A DNA stretch of 64,000 bases from an uncultured virus (IMG/VR IMGVR_UViG_3300046387_001331) (IMGVR_UViG_3300046387_001331), one strand, 5' to 3'. Shown: positions 12,501 through 22,835, numbered from the stretch's first letter. The notes: generated by a model from the sequence alone, not told the origin. Made by a program: numbers and translations.

Positions 12501-15418
12501 ACACTATTAAAATTTATGTAAACGGAGTTGAATCTGCATCTGAAACAAAAGATGATGGAATTGTTTATCATCCCACAAATAAACTTACATTGGGTCGTGC
12601 GAATTTACTTGGAAGTGATTTTGATCGTTATATGAACGGTGATATATATAATTTCCGATTATGGGATGACGTAGTGTTAAATTCCTCTCAGGTTAATGAA
12701 TTATATGAACTTAGAAATGCCAAGATAGAAACTTGTGATCAAGCAGGAATTGACTTAGGTCAATCAAGTTTCGCAATATCAGAAGATAAGTATATTCTCG
12801 GTAATTTAAGTACAACTGCCCGTAAATTAAAAGTAGATGAAGATTTTACAATTGAATTTCGTGTATCTATAAAAGACTTTGAAATAGCACCAAGTGTTTC
12901 TGATTTGGGAACAGGAAGCAATGCATACGATCCCGTCGGTAATATAGTATTTGCCGGTGCAATGGGAAGTCAGGGAATTGTCGGTGTTGGTATTACAAAA
13001 GAAAAATATTTTTATACAGGATTTGATGGAACGCAAACCAATGTCTTGTTGACATCGAGTACTCCAATTCCATCGTCTTCTAATATTTTTAAATTAAGAA
13101 GTATAAAAGAACGAAGCACAACATCGTCTGGAGCAACTACAAACTATCTAAATACAAGTTCAGATTTATATAAGAATTTAGTAGATGCGTTTAACTTTTG
13201 GAATGATACTGTTGCTTATCCTGATTCGTGGATTGAGTACAAAGGAAGTGCTCAACAAATTGAAATGGATATTTATGTTGAAGATTGGGGTGAAATAAAC
13301 GATGATTTACCTTCAAACGCACAATCTGCTATGCCTGAGAATACTGTTGCCCGTGCGGCTTTCATGAGTGCATCTGGACCAAAAAGTGGTGGTGAATTTT
13401 CGTTTGGAAGTATTTTTCCAGAAGATGGATTTATACGAATTAATAGAAAATTTATTGATGAGGGTCATTTTGATGATATACATGATGGTCATAGTGATAT
13501 GTATTACACAATTCGTCATGAATTAGCACACATACTTGGAATCAATAGCACATTTTTTAATAAATCTGTAATAGCAGATGCACCGATAGGATCATATGTA
13601 GAAGGTGGAAAAACCAAATATTATTACACAGGTAAAAATGGACTTGATGCATATAAAAACGCAATTACAGATGATGGTGTAAGAAGTGGTATTGTTGGTA
13701 TTCCTATTGAAGATGACGGAGGTTCTTCATCTGCGGGTGGTCACTGGGAAGAAGGTGACTCGGCCGATAGATTTATTGATGGTAAATTGCATCCTGGTTT
13801 AGATACTGAGACATTGACTCCGATACATGACGATGAAGATGTATTGAGTGCCATTACTTTAAATGTATTAAAAGATCTTGGTTATCAGGTTGATTTGTCA
13901 AAAGCAGAACCATACAAAATTGGTAGTGGTTCATTGCCTCTTCAATCATCATCATCTAAATTTATGATCGATGAAACACAAAGATCATTAAACACAACTT
14001 ATTCAGTTGCATTGAATTACAGAAGTAATGTTTTAACTTTATTTATCAATGGATATGCAGTAAAACAAAGTGTGGTAATTTTTAATGACGATGCTCACAT
14101 GGATGGTATTGTAGTTGGTGCTAATGATGCATTAGATTATTTTTCATCTAATATAAACATTCAAGATGTAAGAATTGTACAAGAAAGTTTATATGACCGT
14201 GAGTATTATAAACCAAGAAACTTTTTGACTGATGCCTGCGAAAATGTAAAAACACCAACACCAACACCAACATTAACTTATGTAGGAAGAACAATTACAA
14301 TTGCCGAAGTAAAAGTAGATGATGATTCAGAAATGAATAATGTATTTGCAAGAGTTTTTGTAAATGACAGTGGACCTAATCCTGATAGTTCCGATGATTA
14401 TTGGGGTTATTCTGTTAATGGTGGACCGGTTTTAAGAGTTTATGAAGGATTTACTGTTGATTTTACTTATTTAATTGACGGAACACATACATTCAAAGCA
14501 TATTATTTTGTAGCAGATGGAACACAAACTATTGTAACAGATGCATCTGAATTTACAATCAAGTCACCGGAATTAAACGAAAAATGTAATCGTTACCAAG
14601 TAGAACGAACAAAAAATCTATTAAGATCAATTGATATTATTGGGAAGTGTAGTATCGTAGTAACACCAAATTATTTTAAGTATGAAAGCACAGGTTTATC
14701 AGTTCAAACTGCTAATATCGTGGTTAATGATACAGATGGAAATCAATATGTTAATTCAGATTATACATTTAGAAATATCATTGAAGTAACATCAAATACT
14801 GCTTCAAAAAATACAGTGTTGATTATTGATTCTGGAGAAGCAAATGCTGGAAGTCTAAGTAATCTAAGTAAGACAATTAAAATTCAAGCATTTGGTGAAC
14901 CAACTACTGTAAATGGATGGATTGGAGATAATATTGACATAATTACAACTGATATTTCAAACAAAAATTATTTGACTTCAAACAATTCAAGAACATTTGT
15001 AAATCCTGGTGATTGTGAACACGCAAGTCATTATACTGTTGATTTAAGTCATACTGATGTCACACTCAATTCAACACCTCGTTCTGCTTTGTCTTATTTA
15101 AATATGTTGAGCAGTGATATGATTTCAGATGAATTAGAAATTCACACAATTGATAAATCAAATTACAAATTAGTTCCATTGTATTCGTCAAAAGACATAA
15201 TAAGTTCAACATTACTTTCTCAGTCAAAACCAGAAGTTGGATTGCTTCCAAATATTGTATTGGAACTTGACAATGTGGGTGGTGATCCTGCGAATATAAA
15301 TGAAACAAATGATCAACCAAACAGGATATATATAACAACTCTTAACAAACATAACAAAAAATCAAGTTTAATTGTAAACTCTGCAAAAATCATAGTCAAT
15401 AACAACGAAACAAATTAA
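9596..15418 (+). CDS. Giant multidomain virion protein: LamG-like jellyrolls, Gly-rich domain, discoidin-like domain, leishmanolysin(M8)-like zinc peptidase
   Basis: RBS AAGGA at 9584; LamG motifs (YTVESWI, FYHFVISRN, IYIDG, FTGFIQDFRV; VHVVVT, IYVNG, MNGDIYNFRLW); NAFDG discoidin motif; HELAHILG at 13517 with downstream IPIEDDGG...GHWEE...ETLTP. Confidence 0.8.
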   Translation: MAKHSTNKTLFSKKTIEFENGNDYVTISESEDNVISGLNLGKEYTVESWISTTEIPEDPTFTYASDVANALKENSTLTLSGTVNVNDLYESDLLYAVKFDGTEITLKNKTSDKFPVDARILIIEMQALSSGTKSTVGNYEFAEVDSYISDDEIKLKNALTKTFDFTNRLYVVYQKRYEKIVIDRDARIICNSWATNFNEINGLILLCADEIIVQGKIDGNYRGFRGGNSGPHGNYHGGRGEGVVHGLYNNRAMGTNYTGGGGGGYKRSGGGDVGTGGGSGGNASKGYNSNSFEGYYGRGGQRNNYPDGKLFLGGGGGQGAGDGAWPAETCSSRGGNGGRGGGIIILDAENTHIAKFGSIVAKGQMGFGRDRRCSGEPGDGGAGAGGSILFLGNAINQNTGTPINDSNVCAKGGVHRGAGHYYGPAGGLGIIQTGGYHLGWMQGWMGHKFHNCSVIASFARPFGKTGDVDDYNTEKNRHAFLLTAIPFEDGYKLAAGQSHRMMPVSEKLDFDRFYHFVISRNSGSLEAIYIDGKRKGVRTWPSNHVYENSNIMLGANSDNDFENPAPFTGFIQDFRVAQNNMYDCTSYTLGDSSNVPTESCTDPTPSPSKSPSYSKSASASFEFPDGCPTRVVPYWGGTSGGGTRTGPSNLGNAFDGKDATRTGWVGISHSGSWKQDRFYFSDSNKQTPGTLRFYMQGGVNSGYGNRADMYVRYHEYGGDWVYLRNVTNAYMPRDQHFKYEVRVDSVARVDVYWKDRGKGSINYFYWYVDFEQDCYPICDNSIFHIQAKGNEPLKDRSTNEVPIEDGFEGYLPSLPKVPDGIDNPNILMDARFSNVTNLINNATLEGSYSIQGSTPCQQSVRFANSGGYAYFDNWDSKPQTLSFEIDFKINSHSNTATGGADAGSQYILHMQNEEEESHTNGLSLSYGESNKSLSMAVTSEPPSQPTAVTDADALVLGERVHVVVTISSDTIKIYVNGVESASETKDDGIVYHPTNKLTLGRANLLGSDFDRYMNGDIYNFRLWDDVVLNSSQVNELYELRNAKIETCDQAGIDLGQSSFAISEDKYILGNLSTTARKLKVDEDFTIEFRVSIKDFEIAPSVSDLGTGSNAYDPVGNIVFAGAMGSQGIVGVGITKEKYFYTGFDGTQTNVLLTSSTPIPSSSNIFKLRSIKERSTTSSGATTNYLNTSSDLYKNLVDAFNFWNDTVAYPDSWIEYKGSAQQIEMDIYVEDWGEINDDLPSNAQSAMPENTVARAAFMSASGPKSGGEFSFGSIFPEDGFIRINRKFIDEGHFDDIHDGHSDMYYTIRHELAHILGINSTFFNKSVIADAPIGSYVEGGKTKYYYTGKNGLDAYKNAITDDGVRSGIVGIPIEDDGGSSSAGGHWEEGDSADRFIDGKLHPGLDTETLTPIHDDEDVLSAITLNVLKDLGYQVDLSKAEPYKIGSGSLPLQSSSSKFMIDETQRSLNTTYSVALNYRSNVLTLFINGYAVKQSVVIFNDDAHMDGIVVGANDALDYFSSNINIQDVRIVQESLYDREYYKPRNFLTDACENVKTPTPTPTLTYVGRTITIAEVKVDDDSEMNNVFARVFVNDSGPNPDSSDDYWGYSVNGGPVLRVYEGFTVDFTYLIDGTHTFKAYYFVADGTQTIVTDASEFTIKSPELNEKCNRYQVERTKNLLRSIDIIGKCSIVVTPNYFKYESTGLSVQTANIVVNDTDGNQYVNSDYTFRNIIEVTSNTASKNTVLIIDSGEANAGSLSNLSKTIKIQAFGEPTTVNGWIGDNIDIITTDISNKNYLTSNNSRTFVNPGDCEHASHYTVDLSHTDVTLNSTPRSALSYLNMLSSDMISDELEIHTIDKSNYKLVPLYSSKDIISSTLLSQSKPEVGLLPNIVLELDNVGGDPANINETNDQPNRIYITTLNKHNKKSSLIVNSAKIIVNNNETN

Positions 15419-15438
15419 ATAAGGATATATTTATAGTC

Positions 15439-17445
15439 ATGAAACTTTTTGAGCATAACCAAGGTGGTGGAAACAACACAGAATGTGGATCGTGGTATTA
15501 CGATAAAAAAATCTGTGAGTTTAACAATAAAATTTATATCAGACAACAAGGTCACACAAAAACTGATCTTAAACCTATATTCAATGATTATTTGGGTATG
15601 AGTGCATATGGGTCAGCAATGAGTCTTCACAACAAGATAGGCATGGAGGTAACTCAACACGCACCATCGTGGTATAAAGGTAAGAGTAGCGATCATGTTT
15701 GGTATCACGATACAAATTATAGAATGTATCATTTAAATAGTCTTGATGGTCAAGTTGAGGCCTGTGCGGCTATTGATGGAAAGGGGTTTAAGTTGGAAGA
15801 ATTTTATGAGTCTGATGAAGGTCACATTTTTTACAATGAACAAACACGAAATGACAATGAAATTTTAATTAAAAAAGATCCTAAGACTATGAAAAATGTT
15901 GTGGTGAATGTTCATAATAATCAGTTATTAAGAAACATGAGAGTAATACATGAAACTGATGATTATTTGTTTGCGATTCACGGTGGAAATACATATACAC
16001 ATTATGCAGGTGGTTTTATTAGAATATTGAAATCTGATTGTACATGGAATCGTAGAGGATGGCACGGCCGTCATACATTTGGATATCAACCAATTTATAA
16101 GAATGATGATTATATTTTGTCGTTTGTTTGGGAAGCAAATTATAGTTCTGCTCAACCAGGATTCAGTTTACATAAACATCATTGGGATGATTCTCATACA
16201 AACAATTCTAGTCGTTATTTAAGAAAAGATGGAATAACCGCTGCATATACTAATTTACAATGGTTATCAGCAGATTCAGACGGAAATCCAAATCCATCAA
16301 CTTCGTTATCATCTCGTCCTTCTATTTACTATCCAATGGAAGATGCTCATCGTATGTCAGATGGTAGTGCTTTTGTTCCTAAAGATGGTTTTTATTCTCA
16401 CGCAGGTGCGGCTATGGTAGCAGACGAAACATTGCGTAATACACACAATGTAGGAAGAATGTATGTAGCATATTTTGAAGATAGTACCGTTGATGAATCT
16501 GAACCACTTGCAATTTTACGAATTAATGTACCGATTGGTGATGATGTACCAGATGCACCTGAATATGATGTCAGAAAATGTGAATTAGATCATAGTGGTG
16601 CAGGTGATCCCGATTTGGATGTTCCAACGTGGGTGAATGTACACAAAGAAGGAGGTCGAAATGGATCGTCAGCGTGGATTTATCGTGAACAAAATCTTCA
16701 TTATTTTCGTGCGGAAAATAGTGGTGGTGGTACAAGTTCATATTTGTTGTTAACATTTGAAGACTCAAGTGGATTTGATCATCATAACCAAACATATCAT
16801 CAATTTGGAGATAGATTTTATGTTTATACAATTGAAGACGATTCTGTAAGTGCAGACATTACAGAAACTGCTTCACTTAAGTTAAAACTTGTGCAAACTG
16901 AAAATCTTGATAATCCAATTTTAGGAAAGTTTTTTCCAGGAGGTCATGCTGGAGGTTTTGAAAAGTTTGTGTTACTCAATTATACATCCGCAGAAAAAAA
17001 TCCAGTTTATGTATGGGATTCTACAACTGAAAATTTTGTAACTGAACCATCATCAGACGGAATTGTTGGTTCAATAACTTCAATAGGTGAAGATTCAACA
17101 GGAAGAATATTCAGTGTAAGATATCCGTCTTCAAACACACAGGAAATGAAACAAGAAATTCACATTGACTCAATTGATTTGCCACATGATGTAAAAATTG
17201 TACCTGAACAAGCATCTTACAATTATACGTCTGGAACAATTGATACTTTTGTAAATGTAAGTGTTTATGATGCTGAAGGAAATCGTCTTAATAAAAGTGT
17301 GGCATTGACAATCGTTGGAAGTGGTGTTAATTTCACAAGTGGAGGAGCATCAAAAACTGTATCAACATCAACAGGTCAAGATACTAAAGTAGATATACAA
17401 ATTACATCCGCATCACGAATTCAAATGACTGCGACAATATCATAA
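15439..17445 (+). CDS. Putative virion/receptor-binding protein, paralog 1 of 3
   Basis: 668 aa; shares QxHxKxxLxPxF, YDV/I..C, DSxGR and a C-terminal beta-rich domain with the next two ORFs. Confidence 0.65.
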   Translation: MKLFEHNQGGGNNTECGSWYYDKKICEFNNKIYIRQQGHTKTDLKPIFNDYLGMSAYGSAMSLHNKIGMEVTQHAPSWYKGKSSDHVWYHDTNYRMYHLNSLDGQVEACAAIDGKGFKLEEFYESDEGHIFYNEQTRNDNEILIKKDPKTMKNVVVNVHNNQLLRNMRVIHETDDYLFAIHGGNTYTHYAGGFIRILKSDCTWNRRGWHGRHTFGYQPIYKNDDYILSFVWEANYSSAQPGFSLHKHHWDDSHTNNSSRYLRKDGITAAYTNLQWLSADSDGNPNPSTSLSSRPSIYYPMEDAHRMSDGSAFVPKDGFYSHAGAAMVADETLRNTHNVGRMYVAYFEDSTVDESEPLAILRINVPIGDDVPDAPEYDVRKCELDHSGAGDPDLDVPTWVNVHKEGGRNGSSAWIYREQNLHYFRAENSGGGTSSYLLLTFEDSSGFDHHNQTYHQFGDRFYVYTIEDDSVSADITETASLKLKLVQTENLDNPILGKFFPGGHAGGFEKFVLLNYTSAEKNPVYVWDSTTENFVTEPSSDGIVGSITSIGEDSTGRIFSVRYPSSNTQEMKQEIHIDSIDLPHDVKIVPEQASYNYTSGTIDTFVNVSVYDAEGNRLNKSVALTIVGSGVNFTSGGASKTVSTSTGQDTKVDIQITSASRIQMTATIS

Positions 17446-17457
17446 GGAAAAATAAAA

Positions 17458-19551
17458 ATGAAAGTATGGACAAACCAACCAGGATCAAGCGACTATAATT
17501 GCGATGATGGTACTCACATCGTTGCGGAAGATAGTCAATATATTTTTATTAACGGACAGGCACACGATAAAACTACATTAAAACCAATATTCGGTGTTCG
17601 TTTTGGTGTGTCGAACGAAAAATTTCCAATGCTATTGAGCAACAGTGTGTTTATACCAAAAGATTTACATAGTACGGGTGGATTGGAAAAAGGAACAACT
17701 CATGGTCTTTATTATTATGGTCTTCATTCACAAAATGCTACAACTCATAATAATGGTCAAACACAAATGCTAGGAATCAAGGGAACAGGAGGAGCAAGTG
17801 AAAGTGATTATGCTTCATGTGGTATGTATGAATCAAAACTTGATTCGGACGAAATATTATCATTTGAAACGAGTTGGCATGATTATCATTCCAGTTCTTG
17901 GAACGCAACAACTACTTTCAGAAGAAGAAGCATGAATTATAATGTGTCTAATTTTGTTTATGGTCCAAGAAATTCATCAGATGGACACTATCAGTATGTG
18001 TATCCTTATCATGAAGATGAAAAATTTGTATATGGTTTTATAGGAAATAATGATGTGGGTGCTCATCACACTGGACACGTCGCTATAGATAAAACTGCCG
18101 ACACTACTTTTCTCTGGAGGGGTGGATATTCATATTACGAACGGGTTAATACGATTTTGTATAAAGATGATACAACAATTATATTGGCATCTAGCAACTT
18201 TAATGATTCACGTTTTGCGATTAAGAAGTTTAATTGGAGTGATGGTTTTAGTCATAGTAACAATGAGAATGTTTATTATCGTGAAGATTATGCTAATCAG
18301 GATGGATATAGAAGTTTTTTGAAATGGTGGGTAAAAGCAGATAATGATGAACTTGAACCAACAACATCGGGTCAATGGCATTTTGATAATAATGCTGATA
18401 ATGAAATTGCAGACAATAAAATTGTAGGTAATCCAAATGATTTAAATATTTCTGTTGCTCCTGCGATTGTTCATACCGCAGATGAAGATATTATTCATCC
18501 AACGATTCGTAGATGTTATGCTCCATTTTTTGCATTTGATTCAAGCCAGGATGATTATTATGAATTACGCATGACTCGTTTAAATATTCCAATTAAAGGA
18601 CACGATGCATTTGATTCTACTGATGCTCCACGTTACGATATATCATTGTGTGAAATTAATTGGGATGAAGCAAACACAGGATGGAATTCATTTAAATACG
18701 ATGATTTTCGTGGTGTTGCAGGTCAAACAATGTATCGTGGTTCTGCATCACGTGGTCATGCTTGGTTTAATTGTGCGTTTTTTGAAGATACAGATTCAAA
18801 TGGTCATTTCCGACATTTTATTATGGTTAGTAGTGATTCTTATGATGGATTAACACATTATAGCGGACACAGTGGAGCAACCCGTGCATTAGTGTTTGAA
18901 ATAGGACCCTTACAGAATGATGATAAATTGGGTAACGGAAAACCTGATCCTGCTGAAACTGATTATGCTTCAGATAATTTACATGAAACAGATAGTACAT
19001 CCTTGAAACTTGTTCAAGTTTTGGATTTAAGTGATAATTGTGGTTATCAAATTTTTCGTCCTGAATATGATCCAAAGAAATTTATTGCTTTTCAAATGCG
19101 TGAAGATACACATCCTATTTACACTTGGAATTCTACTGCAAAGGCATTTGAAACAAATTCAAACTTTGTAGGAAGCAATGTCACACACATGGGAACAGAT
19201 TCAACAGGAAGATTTTGGACAATTCAAAATCCTGCAAAGGGTGAATTAGAATTGCATTGTCATACAATTGATATTCCTGCGGTAGTAAAAATTACACCTG
19301 TTTCTTCTTCTTTGGACTATCAAGGTTCTCCTATCACTACCAAAGTAAACGTAGGAGCATTTAATCACGAAGGAGACAGAATTGGTGTAGATTTGAAGTT
19401 ACAAATTAGAGGAGAAAATGCTTCATTCGATGGATCATCCACCGTCCTTGAAAAAACAATTACTGTTACAGATTCTGCTGATCTAGAAGTAGATGTTATT
19501 GTCTCTGGAGCAACAAATTTAGATATAACTGCAACACATTTAACAAGTTAA
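17458..19551 (+). CDS. Putative virion/receptor-binding protein, paralog 2 of 3
   Basis: 697 aa; RBS AAGGA; QAHDKTTLKPIF, YDISLC, DSTGRFW, DIPAVV. Confidence 0.65.
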   Translation: MKVWTNQPGSSDYNCDDGTHIVAEDSQYIFINGQAHDKTTLKPIFGVRFGVSNEKFPMLLSNSVFIPKDLHSTGGLEKGTTHGLYYYGLHSQNATTHNNGQTQMLGIKGTGGASESDYASCGMYESKLDSDEILSFETSWHDYHSSSWNATTTFRRRSMNYNVSNFVYGPRNSSDGHYQYVYPYHEDEKFVYGFIGNNDVGAHHTGHVAIDKTADTTFLWRGGYSYYERVNTILYKDDTTIILASSNFNDSRFAIKKFNWSDGFSHSNNENVYYREDYANQDGYRSFLKWWVKADNDELEPTTSGQWHFDNNADNEIADNKIVGNPNDLNISVAPAIVHTADEDIIHPTIRRCYAPFFAFDSSQDDYYELRMTRLNIPIKGHDAFDSTDAPRYDISLCEINWDEANTGWNSFKYDDFRGVAGQTMYRGSASRGHAWFNCAFFEDTDSNGHFRHFIMVSSDSYDGLTHYSGHSGATRALVFEIGPLQNDDKLGNGKPDPAETDYASDNLHETDSTSLKLVQVLDLSDNCGYQIFRPEYDPKKFIAFQMREDTHPIYTWNSTAKAFETNSNFVGSNVTHMGTDSTGRFWTIQNPAKGELELHCHTIDIPAVVKITPVSSSLDYQGSPITTKVNVGAFNHEGDRIGVDLKLQIRGENASFDGSSTVLEKTITVTDSADLEVDVIVSGATNLDITATHLTS

Positions 19552-19555
19552 TATT

Positions 19556-21544
19556 ATGAAAATATACGAAACACAAACAAGTGGAAGAATAAGTCAAAGA
19601 CACACTGGAATTATGCTCAGAGAGGATCCTGAGTATATTTGGATCTATGACCAAGCACATACTAAAGATACGTTGAGTCCTGTTTTTGCAAAACGTTGTC
19701 TTTTATATTCTAATAATTTGCCTATTGTCATGGATAATTGGCAAGGAACTCCGTTTCATTGGGATGCAGATTATGCTCATCGCAATGTAGGTGGAGCATT
19801 TTGGTATGGTCCACATGGATGCAATTTAGTTACGGGTAATGGTCAATTGAATATGCATGGAATTAATCCAAGTGTGTGTGGTCAATCGAGTTATGATCCT
19901 GATTATTATTATACTGCTCCTTTTACTAATAATGATGTCAGTAAATCTCTAATTAAATATAAAATTCACGCACCAAGTGGTGAAGTTGTGAATTGGGATA
20001 ATAGTAATTCTCACGGTTCATTAATTTACTTTTTGCACGAAACTGAAGAATATTATTTTGGTTTGAATTGTTATCATCATGGTAGTGCTAGATTTGTTCG
20101 CATGGAAAAAGGTAATAATTTAGCTATTAATAACAAAGGTCGATATTATGATAGTGGAGATTTTTTAGGACCACAAATATTATATAAAACTGATAAAGCA
20201 GTTATATTTATGAATTGTTGGCACAATTCGTCTACTGCAATGGCCTTCGTTGTGGGTAAAAATTATTGGACAGATACTGGTACAAACACGACATCTCACT
20301 ATCAGAAAACTTCAAATGATTTATCTGTGACATATACAGATTGGACAAAACCATTTCTTCGTAAAAGTTTATTTAAATTGAATCAAAGTGGATATGAACC
20401 TGATACGTTGGGTAGCAATAGTTATCTTGGTATGGGCAGATCAGACACGAAATTATTAAGTGATCGTGAAGAAGAAACACAATATGACGCAAAATTAAAT
20501 TTTCATATGCATTCTCTTGCGGCTACTGTACATGATCATGATTCTGGTGAAACTGGATTAATTAAAGATCATAGTATGCTTAGATGTTACACAGCATATT
20601 GTGATGAAGATGGTGCATTTCAAATACTTAGATTTAATATGTCTATAGATGATGCAGTAGTTGCACCAACTTATGATGTCAGAAGATGTAAATTAAGCAA
20701 TCCAAGTAATTTAGAAGCACCTACTTTAGATACAATTGAAGCACACGGACAAGCATACATGGGTGACGATAATCGTGCTCAACAAGGAGTACAATTGGCA
20801 TATTTTACCGACAAAAAAGACGGAGCATACGAACATTATTTGTTGATGTCATTTGCAAATATTGTAGGTTCTAATATTATGCGTGATACTGGTCCTAACT
20901 ACAATTACAATAAAATGTATGTTTACAAAATAACAAATAAAGCAGAATTTTTCTCAAATGGAGGTTCTATGGATGAAGTTGCTTCTCTTGATTTATCGTT
21001 ACATCAGGTGATAGTTGAACAAGATATGGCATTTGGATTATTGCGACCAAACTTTGATGCAAAAACATTTGTTTATTGCACACGCACAGATAATCATCCT
21101 GTGTATATTTGGAATAGTGAAGACCAAGTTTTTGATAAGAAAACATCACTTACTGCACAAGCAATTAATTTTGCGGCGGACTCTGATGGAAGAATATATT
21201 CATTGAATTATCATAAAGATGACGATTTTTCAATTGATATGTTTACTCTTGATATACCTAGTAAAGTATTATTAGAAATGGATGAATATGAATACGAGTA
21301 TTCCGGGTCTGCTTTAGATAAAGAGGTACGAGTCAAAGCAATAAATTGGAAAAGTGAATTAATAGAAGCAAAAGTTAATTTAAAAGTAGTAGGAAGTGGG
21401 GTGTCTCTCGTAGATGCTGGAAATGGTAATGCTGAAGTAAATACATTAGAAGTTACAACCGACACGTCAGATTGGGTCACAATACCTATTAAGATAAATT
21501 CTGGATCAGCAGTTAAAATTAACGCAAGTATATCACCTAACTAA
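19556..21544 (+). CDS. Putative virion/receptor-binding protein, paralog 3 of 3
   Basis: 662 aa; QAHTKDTLSPVF, YDVRRC, DSDGRIY, DIPSKV. Confidence 0.65.
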   Translation: MKIYETQTSGRISQRHTGIMLREDPEYIWIYDQAHTKDTLSPVFAKRCLLYSNNLPIVMDNWQGTPFHWDADYAHRNVGGAFWYGPHGCNLVTGNGQLNMHGINPSVCGQSSYDPDYYYTAPFTNNDVSKSLIKYKIHAPSGEVVNWDNSNSHGSLIYFLHETEEYYFGLNCYHHGSARFVRMEKGNNLAINNKGRYYDSGDFLGPQILYKTDKAVIFMNCWHNSSTAMAFVVGKNYWTDTGTNTTSHYQKTSNDLSVTYTDWTKPFLRKSLFKLNQSGYEPDTLGSNSYLGMGRSDTKLLSDREEETQYDAKLNFHMHSLAATVHDHDSGETGLIKDHSMLRCYTAYCDEDGAFQILRFNMSIDDAVVAPTYDVRRCKLSNPSNLEAPTLDTIEAHGQAYMGDDNRAQQGVQLAYFTDKKDGAYEHYLLMSFANIVGSNIMRDTGPNYNYNKMYVYKITNKAEFFSNGGSMDEVASLDLSLHQVIVEQDMAFGLLRPNFDAKTFVYCTRTDNHPVYIWNSEDQVFDKKTSLTAQAINFAADSDGRIYSLNYHKDDDFSIDMFTLDIPSKVLLEMDEYEYEYSGSALDKEVRVKAINWKSELIEAKVNLKVVGSGVSLVDAGNGNAEVNTLEVTTDTSDWVTIPIKINSGSAVKINASISPN

Positions 21545-21548
21545 AATT

Positions 21549-22223
21549 TTGTTGATATTTAAAGGTTTTTTGTTTAAAATCTTTAAAGATTTGAAAACCA
21601 AAGCAAAAATTCTACACCAATTAATTGCCGATGTTCGGGAAAAACATCGTTTATTGTGTATAGAAATGCGTGAAAAAGCAATTAAACTTGGTAAACCATT
21701 TGTTGGAATGCGAGTTGCGTTTAAAAAACCTAAAGTTAAAAATCGTACCTATAAAATGCTTGGATTGGAATTGAAACAACTAAGTTTGCTTCCATGTAAC
21801 TCTAAGAAAAGAAAATCTACAGGATTTATAGGAGTGCGTAATAATGCTTCGTTTTTTGGATATGCTATTTCTGATATTCAGTTGGATTTTGTTAAAATGC
21901 AGAATGATGGGTACGATGCAGAACTTTTAAAAATTGAAAGATCACTTCACGAAGAATTTTCAAATAAAACTAGAATTATGATTATGTCAACCGAAGTTGA
22001 TTTAGTTGCGAATAATATTTTAGATGCAGATGCAGATTTTTATTTGGCATCAAAAGGATATAAAATCAGTAATTTGCATAATTCATCACGACATAGTGGA
22101 AAAATAATAGGGGTGGAGTATAATCCATTTATGGCGGAAATTAATGTAAAAGTAAAATGTGAAAGAACAAATGCAACGCATATTATTGACAACGAAGAAC
22201 ATATCGTTAATATTTGGGATTGA
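21549..22223 (+). CDS. Hypothetical protein (start uncertain)
   Basis: 224-aa ORF continuing the operon; no motif recognised. Confidence 0.6.
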   Translation: MLIFKGFLFKIFKDLKTKAKILHQLIADVREKHRLLCIEMREKAIKLGKPFVGMRVAFKKPKVKNRTYKMLGLELKQLSLLPCNSKKRKSTGFIGVRNNASFFGYAISDIQLDFVKMQNDGYDAELLKIERSLHEEFSNKTRIMIMSTEVDLVANNILDADADFYLASKGYKISNLHNSSRHSGKIIGVEYNPFMAEINVKVKCERTNATHIIDNEEHIVNIWD

Positions 22224-22225
22224 GT

Positions 22226-22813
22226 ATGAAAGCAATATTTGGAATGCACAAAGGTGAATTTGGTGATGTTCAATTTTCAGAACTTGTTGAGAATGAACTT
22301 TATCGTGTGAGTATTACCTGTGGAGACGAACGATGGGTTAATCCTAAATTAAGTCGTTGGAAAGGTCATTTGATATTATGGGTTCGTCAAAAAAACGATG
22401 AAGGATATTTTCCACGAAAAGGATGGGGATTCAATTTGTTGTTTCAACCTGAGAATGATGCCGAAAAGAAAATGCTTTATGAATATCAATGGACATATTC
22501 ACCTGCTCCGAATGTTATTTCATATTTAATAACTCCTTTGTGGCCAAACAAGATTGAACCAGATGCTATTTGGGAAAAAGTTCGTGATAATAAGTTATAC
22601 ACAAACACAATTTCAGATTATCAAGATGATCTTAAAAGTAAGATGCAGGAAAAAGCAAAAGAAAATGAAGCACAAAGAAAGACTCTTGAGCAGTTTTTGC
22701 CGGAAAAGGTAGATGAAATTTTACCCGAAGAAAATTACGATGCTTTGTTTAATGGGGAAGACTTACCATCACACGAAGAACTTCAAGCAGAATTTAATGT
22801 TGACGATGATTAA
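22226..22813 (+). CDS. Hypothetical protein
   Basis: ATG 2 nt after the previous stop; Trp-rich N-half, acidic tail. Confidence 0.7.
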   Translation: MKAIFGMHKGEFGDVQFSELVENELYRVSITCGDERWVNPKLSRWKGHLILWVRQKNDEGYFPRKGWGFNLLFQPENDAEKKMLYEYQWTYSPAPNVISYLITPLWPNKIEPDAIWEKVRDNKLYTNTISDYQDDLKSKMQEKAKENEAQRKTLEQFLPEKVDEILPEENYDALFNGEDLPSHEELQAEFNVDDD

Positions 22814-22835
22814 AATAATTGAGATAATAAAAAAC

